Shown here: piece after piece, positions 57,328 to 64,000 of the stretch | How the letters are laid out: every line of letters begins with the position of its first letter | Position numbering within the stretch: the stretch's first letter is position 1 | Assembly (NCBI GenBank): GCA_030324005.1 | Contig: JARDVH010000099.1 | Location: forward strand, 36,292,460-36,356,459 | DNA: 64,000 nt | Source of the DNA: Negaprion brevirostris | Taxonomy: Eukaryota | Direction of reading: 5' to 3' | Made by a program: the position numbers and the translations under genes | The notes under the pieces: model-generated | What the model saw: only the letters and a program-made list of their open reading frames with translations | Database searches by the model: none | Told to the model about the DNA's origin: nothing

Positions 57328-58690
57328 TCATAGAATTGTTATGGTGCAGAAGAAGGCCATTTGGTCTGTCACTGGCTCGCCAAATGAACATCATAACTTA
57401 GTGCCATTTTCCTGCCTTTTTTCCCATACCGCTGCACATTCAGATAATAATCTCATGCTCCCTTGAATTGAACCTATCTCCACCACACTTCCTTGCAGAA
57501 CATTCCAGATTTGAACCACTCGCTGTGTGAAAAAGCTTTTTCTCACATCACGTTTGCTTCCTTTGCAAATTACTTTAAATCTGTGTCCTCTCATTCTTGA
57601 TCCTTTTACAAGTGGGAACAGTTTCTCCCTATCTACTCTGTCCCTTATGATTTTGAACACCTTTATCAAATCTCTGCTTCACCTTCCCCTCTTCAAGGAG
57701 AACAGTCCCAACCTCTCTAAGCTATCCTCATAATTGAAGTTTCTCATCCCTGGGATCATTCATGTAAACCTCTCCTGTACTCTCTCCAATGTGTTCACAC
57801 CCTTCCTATAATGTGGTGCCCAAAACTGTAGGCAATACTCCAGCTGAGGTCCAACTAGTGTCTTTTATAAGTTCAGCATAACCTCCTTGCACTTGTCTCT
57901 CTGTCCCTATAAATAATGTCCAGAATGCGCTATGTTTGGTTAACTGCTGTCCACCTGTCCTGCTATCTCCAGTGATCTATGCACAGATACACCCAGGTCC
58001 CTCTGCTTCTATATCCCCTTAACAATTTTACCCCTTATTTTGTATTGTCTCTTCATATTTTTCCTACCAAAATGCATCACCTCATACTTTATCTGCCACC
58101 ATTTTGCCCACTCTACCAGTCAGTCTATGTCCTTTTGAAATTCTGCATTCTCCTCCTCACAGTTTACAGTGCTTCCAAGTATTGTGTCATCCACAAACTT
58201 TAAAATATCAAAATCTGGATCATTAATATATAGCATGAAAAATAAGGGTCTCAGTACCAAACCCTGGGAAACTCCAAACCTTCCTCCACCCTAAAAATAT
58301 CCATCGCCCATTACTTTCTGTTTCTTATTACTCAGCCAATTTTGTACCCACATTGCTACTGTCCCTTCTATTCCATGAGCTATAAGTTTTCTCAAGTCTG
58401 TTGCATGGCACTATATTGAATGCTTTCTAAAAGTCCGTGTGCACCACAACATCATTACCGTCACCGGCCCTCTCTGTTACCTTTCCAAAAAACTCCAGAG
58501 AGTTAATTATACATAGTTTCCCCTTTAGAAATCCATGCTGGTTCCTTCTAATGAACCCATGTTTTACCAAGTACAATTTATTCTGTCCTGAATAATTGTC
58601 CCTCTAAGCTTCCTCACCACTGAAGTTATACTGGCTGGTCTGTAAATGCTGGGCTTATCCTCATGACCTTTCTATGATCAAGGGCGTAAT
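57328..58690 (-). mobile_element. CR1-type LINE 3' fragment of about 1.35 kb
   Basis: IKVFKIIRDRVDREKLFPLVKGSRMRGHRFKVICKG...FFTQRVVQIWNVL, upstream RT remnants, and a tail at about 57330. Confidence 0.9.
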
Positions 58691-58782
58691 GTTTCATGAT
58701 ATAATAGTGTGCCATTGATGACAGGAATCTGGTATTTCTTTCTGTAACTGGTAAGCTGTAGTATGAAGCAGGCTGAGTATGT

Positions 58783-59297
58783 TGGCTGAATTTCATCCCC
58801 AAGGTGGCTTGAAAATTCCTAGCTTGGCCTGCCCAGTCTGGGATAAACCACCAGGAAGGATGGAATGTTCATTCTGAGGGCGATGGGTGGGAGCGAATGC
58901 AAATCGTGGTCAAGCCATACCTTGGAATGGAGGGCATGAGGAGCCATGGGGCGTAGCCATTAGGGCTATGAGCAGGACCTTTTGAACTTGTCTTGCAAAA
59001 GGTTTCCTTTTGCAGACTGTGGTTCAAAACACCTTGAAGTGCTGTGAACCATGACTCTTTGAAAAGCTAGGTGGACTCCACGAAAATTGTGGAAGACTAG
59101 GATTTGTCCAACTTTGCAATGGAGTTGGCTAGGTTGGGAATACAGGGCATAGACTCGAACCAAATCAGTCCACACCCTTAACAGACTGTTAAAAATCAGA
59201 AACCCCCTGGAAAGGAGGTTGGGAATCCTGGAATTGGTTCCCAAACACCATTTTCAACCCACTGTGGAATCTCTCAGACTCAATGAAAATCCTGCCA
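58783..59297. mobile_element. Harbinger-like non-autonomous DNA transposon
   Basis: TIRs TGGCTGAATTTCAT ... ATGAAAATCCTGCCA with a 3-bp duplication TGT on both sides (58780-58782 and 59298-59300). Confidence 0.7.
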
Positions 59298-61098
59298 TGT
59301 CTCAAGAGCCAAAAGGCTAACTTTCATGGGATAGAGAGTGAAGGCTTGGACTATAATTTCTGCTTTTTTTTGCCTCTTCCAGAGGACCAGAAAACACACA
59401 AAGCCACTAAAAAGGGGACAGTCGTGTTGAACACATTTTAATGCCAGACATTAACGTATGTTGTATTAATAGTTCAGCTTGATATGTACTTCAGTGGAAA
59501 ATCTCATGGTAAGATATAAATGTGCAGTAACTTTGGTGTTTAAAGCTTATTTCACTTTGATGTAGGCAGTGAGTAACCATTAACTGCATTGAATGGAAAT
59601 TTGATTGGTGGATAACCATGGGTCCACAGTGATAACTGCCTCATTACCTGATGAAATGGCTTTGAATTGAGCTGGATGCCAAGAGTATTGTAGGTCCATA
59701 CTTGCACTATATTTGAGCCAAAGCTCAAATATATATGTGACTTTAAACTTATTTAGAAGTGTAAAGAATTATCACAGGGTTAGGTAAGCAGGGTCAGGAC
59801 TGCTTTGAAGTAACTCACCCTTCCCCTCCATAGGTCAATCACAGCAGTGATATTGACAGAACTAATAAAGAAGCTTATGGTCAAGGTTGTTTTACCCTCC
59901 TGACAGAAGAGTGAAGCACAATGGTAGATTCCAAATAGCCTATTTCTAGCTGCACACTCTTAAACCTACAAATACAGTATTAATGCTGAAAAAAGTTTAA
60001 TTGTTTAAATTTGAGGCTGCTTCAAAGGGTGACATTGGACCTTTATAGCTTTAGGAGAAGAAGTTCTTAAGTGAGTATGATGAAGGTTTCTGTAGAGCAA
60101 AAATACAAATATTTTACTGGAGCCACTGAGTGCAGTGTGGATGCTGTAAATATATTTGACATGAAAAAATAAGTTCTGGTGACTGGAAAGCAAATATTTT
60201 AATCTTAGCTATTAGTTTCTTAGCAGTTCTTCACTGTTGTAATGTTTTCATTCAATCAGTTTTTTTAAATTGAAATTATGACTGTACTGATTGCACAATT
60301 TTTTATACCCTTCTTTTGCATGAAAATGGCATTTTCTTGATCTAACCCTTGTGATAAGACTAAGAGAAAGGAGAAGGTCACATTGTGTTTGTAAGCCCAC
60401 TAGCTTCTCAATTCAGTCAAATTCATGCAGATGAAATTCATACTGCCCATGTGAATTTGTCAATTGGATGATTACATATTAAAATCTTTTGCCATTTAAA
60501 TACAGGCAGTCATATTTAATCAGATTGTTCATCAATGCATATCACTAATATTTATCTGAAACTGCATGCTACTCTGATCTTTCCCCTTGCCTTGTAAAAT
60601 ATGCTACTTAATTGCAACATATTCTATTTAGTGTATATTTGATATAGCCAGCTCTATACTGTTTGCTTTACAATTTTTCTCTATAATAAGACAGAATACT
60701 GCTATTTGAATCTGAACCATTTCATTTTTCTCACTACAAAAGGCAACATTCAGCTGCCTCCTACTGTAGCCTCTGATCCCATAAAGATGCCAAATGGCAT
60801 CAATATTGTGTCTGAATAGAAAACACTCAGGCTCGAGCAAATAATCTCATAGTAGTAGCATAGATTCAATGAAAATCTCGTGCTAGGATATAAATGCGCA
60901 GGACCTTTGGTTTTATAGCTCATTTCTTCTTGTTGAATACCTAGCCAGTGAACAGCCATTAACCAGATCACAGTTTGGAAATAGACTTGTTGGTTTATCA
61001 GACAGTGCAAGGAGGTATCCTGGTTCCCAGTGATATTGCTGTTAAGGTGTTTGCATTATTACCTAATGAAATGACCTTTAAATCTGAGTCCCACATTT

Positions 61099-61430
61099 GG
61101 CACGGTGGCATAGTGGTTTGCCCTGCTGCCTCATAGCACCAGGGATCTGGGTTTGATTTTGACCTTGGGTTACTGTCTTTATGGGGTTTGCACGTTCTCT
61201 CCATGTCTACGTGGGTTTCCTCCAGGTACTCCTTTTTCCTCAAACATTCTAAAGATGTGCGGGTTGGATTGATTGGCCATGATAAATTGCTCATCAGTGT
61301 CTAAAGATGTGTAGGTTTAGGTGGGTTAGCGGGATAAATATTGGGGTTACGGTGATAGGTGGGGAGTGGGCCTGGGTAAAGATATTCTGTTGGTGTGGAC
61401 TTGATGGGCCAAATGACTTCCTTTTGCACT
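61099..61430 (+). mobile_element. HE1/V-SINE-like SINE, near full length
   Basis: GGCACGGTGGCATAGTGGTT...GGGTTTGATT...GTTTGCACGTTCTCTCC...GATGGGCCAAATGACTTCC. Collinear with 15551-15922. Confidence 0.9.
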
Positions 61431-61759
61431 CATGTTAGAGAAGCTTTTGGCAGTTTCTGGTAATGCTGCTAACAGGAAAAATCAAAGAAACCACACGTCT
61501 TGTATAAACGCAATAAAAAACTAACCTACGCAAACATTATCTACAAGACCACATTGTAAAAATGTAGACATATTCTCTTTTGCCGGATTAACTCTTTTAC
61601 CACACATTGAAGTTGCAAAGTCATTCAGGAATCTTGTCCCCAGGTTTCATTTATTGCTATTCTTAAACTGGGTGCTAAGCTGAGCATGGGAGGAACCTTC
61701 CCTATTGAAGTATTTATTTTTTCACAACTTCTTTCCTTTGGGAAGATTGAGCACCTCTG

Positions 61760-62872
61760 AAGACATTATATAGGGAATGGTCAATTTCTAGAAGGTGTCA
61801 CATCAAAGGTTATTACAAAAAGTAAAAGCTCATTATGTAAGGGGGTATCATATTGGTGTGGACAGATGATTAGCTACCTAACAGGAAATTAGATAGGCAT
61901 AAATGGGTCTTTTTCTGATCGTCAAGATATAATGAGTGGTGTGCCACAGGAATCAGTGGAGGGACCTCAACTTTTTACAATTTATATGAATGACTTGGAT
62001 GAAAGGACCAAAGATATGGGGTGCTAAACTTGCGGATGAGGCAAAGGTAGATGGATAGTAAGATGTGAAGAGGACACAAGGAGGCTATAGTGGTAGATGG
62101 ATGGGTTGAGTGAATGAAGTATAATGGGAAAGTATGAAATTGTCCAAAATATCTAAAAGGTGAGAGATTGCAAAGCTCTGAGATGCAGAGAGACCTAGGT
62201 GTCCTAGGTTATCTAGGAGAATTGCAAAAGGATAGTATGCAGAAACTGCAAGTAATAGATTGTTATCATTCATTACAAAGGGAATTAAATACAAAATTAG
62301 GGAAGTTGTGCTCAAGTTAAACAAGGCATTGGTTAGACCACATCTGGAGTGCTTTGTACACCATTGGCCTCCTTATTTAGGGAAGAATACAACTGCATTG
62401 GAAGCAGTTCAGAGAAGGTTTCCTAAACCAATACCTGGATTGGGCAGGTGTCTTATGAAGCCAGGTTGGACAGGCTAGGTTTGTATCCACCGGAGTTTAG
62501 AAGATTGAGGCAATTTGATTGAAACATGTAAGTTCCTGAGGGCCTTTACAGAATTGATGTGAAGAGGATATTTTCTCTAGTGGGGGAATCTAGTACTGGG
62601 GTCACAGTTTAAAAAATAAAAATAAGGGGTCACCCATGAGGAGATTTTATTTTCTGAGGGTAGTGAGTTTTCAGAACTCTTTTCCTGAAAAGTGGTTGCA
62701 GAGTCTTGAATATTTTTAAGGCAGAGGTAAATAGATGCTTGATAAGCAAGAGGGTGAAAGGTTATTGGGGATAGGCAGGAATGTGGAGTTGAGGTTACAA
62801 TCAGATCAGCCATGATCTTACTGAATGGTGGAGTAGGTTCGAAGGGCTGAGTGGCCTACTCCTGTTCTTAAT
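61760..62872 (+). mobile_element. CR1-type LINE 3' fragment of about 1.1 kb
   Basis: SGVPQESVEGPQLFTIYMNDLD and FITKGIKYKIREVVLKLNKALVRPHLEC..HWPPYL..LEAVQRRF, with tail GGCTGAGTGGCCTACTCCTGTTC. Confidence 0.9.
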
Positions 62873-64000
62873 TGGGAGGGGAGGGTTAGAAACTGCACCC
62901 CAGTATTGTGTTGTATATGTTACTGCACTGGCGTGCTATAGGACATCCAAACGTCACAAAATGTAAAACTAAAAAAAACAAAATCATAATTGCATTGTTT
63001 TTCTTTATTTCTGCCAAATGTGAATTATGAGGCCAGATTTGTTATCTCTTCTGGGATCTGGAGTGGGACTATTCAGTACCTAAAGGCCTGCCTTATAATT
63101 TCTTTGGGCCCTTAGTAGGCAACAGAGAAGAGTGGCAATCATTCCATTCATCTGTGCTGGATTCGCTCTGAAACCTCAAAACTAATGGGACACAAACTTG
63201 CCGGCGAAGCATAGAGCACGATCAGGTGCACAACTCAATTACTTTCTCTTTCAGGAAGTTGGAGATGCTTTGAAAGATGTAATCTTAGAAGGTGTAATCC
63301 CAGCACTTGTTTTTTCTCTCTGCTTGTTGGCAAGATGGGGTTTCAGATCCGAAGGTTTCAGCCCTATGTGGTTGCAATGTACCCCTTTTAGCCACTGGAG
63401 GTCACCAGAGTATGTATCAAGCTCACTAGCAGTATCTAGTGGAAGGTCTTGGAACATGACAAAATTTATACCTGAGTGGCCCTGGGCCTGCACAGCATGT
63501 CCATGGAGGTAAATATTTGAATGCAGTTATTTCCTGGTTTCATCAACACCTAGAAATAACAAAATAGGAGGTATGCTTTCATTCTGTGGCCTTGTTGCAG
63601 ATAATTCCTCATGCAGTTTCCTCTGGATAGTTTCCATTTACTTTGTACAAGGAGTGTTTAATGAAAACGAGATGTGTTTTGACAGACTGTTAAGAACTAG
63701 TCTTATCTGCAGTTCTAGACTCAGCAGACTGGCCAAATTTCAAAAAGTTTACCAGAGAACTTCTGAAAGATATTACAATAAAAGGAAATGTAAATAGATT
63801 GGGCCTTTTTGAAGATGTCTCTTTTTTCTTCCCCCATTTGTTTCACTCATTTAAAAGATAAATTCCAGATTATGTTTAGTATGTAATCCTATAATAGGGA
63901 ATCTTTAAAGAAATTGTGTAAATATAATGAGATTATGTCTTCTTTGTGTTTTAAATTATGGGTCAGTTGAAGTCCCGTTTAAAGATGATTGTTCTTTCAG

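Noticed and set aside
59382-59455. Strong + strand acceptor and GTATGT donor pair
   Set aside because: All three frames contain stops. It could only be a non-coding or poison exon, and there is no further evidence.
1-64000. Prokaryotic-type systems (operons, CRISPR arrays, defence islands)
   Set aside because: There is no gene-dense coding sequence and no regularly spaced repeat-spacer array. The sequence is vertebrate non-coding DNA.

Overview
This is vertebrate nuclear DNA, not prokaryotic, and no complete protein-coding gene lies in the window. The repeat content points to a cartilaginous fish (shark): CR1 and L2 LINE fossils, HE1/V-SINE-like and Deu-like SINEs, PIF/Harbinger MITEs and Penelope-like ends. 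That assignment comes from my recall of repeat families, not from a search. The window is AT-rich and CpG-depleted, and it is a draft assembly with many N gaps, several with duplicated flanks. It reads as the interior of one or more very large introns, probably of a + strand gene. Support for that is a visual T>A and G>C bias, one good 59-nt exon candidate at 6248-6306, and a splice-acceptor-like motif in the last bases of the window. I could not identify the host gene. Almost all listed ORFs are spurious or decayed transposon fragments. The most interesting signal is two unrelated families of fold-back (palindromic) elements whose arms each carry a decayed minimal type I hammerhead ribozyme pointing outward. 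Family 1 is at 14318-14513, 16020-16293 and about 25945-26120, with reconstructed core TGTC-CTGATGA-GT-GCAAG-AC-GAAA-AGCT-TC-GACA. Family 2 is at 38371-39926, with reconstructed core CAC-CTGATGA-A-GGAAC-AGC-GTTCC-GAAA-GC-TA-GTG. Both match the ribozyme type known from Penelope-like retroelements. Also notable are a near-perfect 33-bp-stem hairpin (3305-3382), a fossil Harbinger Myb/SANT gene that retains splice sites, a solo LTR nested in a CR1 tail, candidate micro-exons and recursive splice sites, and several repeat-free blocks resembling conserved enhancers. Coordinates were counted by hand, and the boundaries of decayed repeats are approximate.
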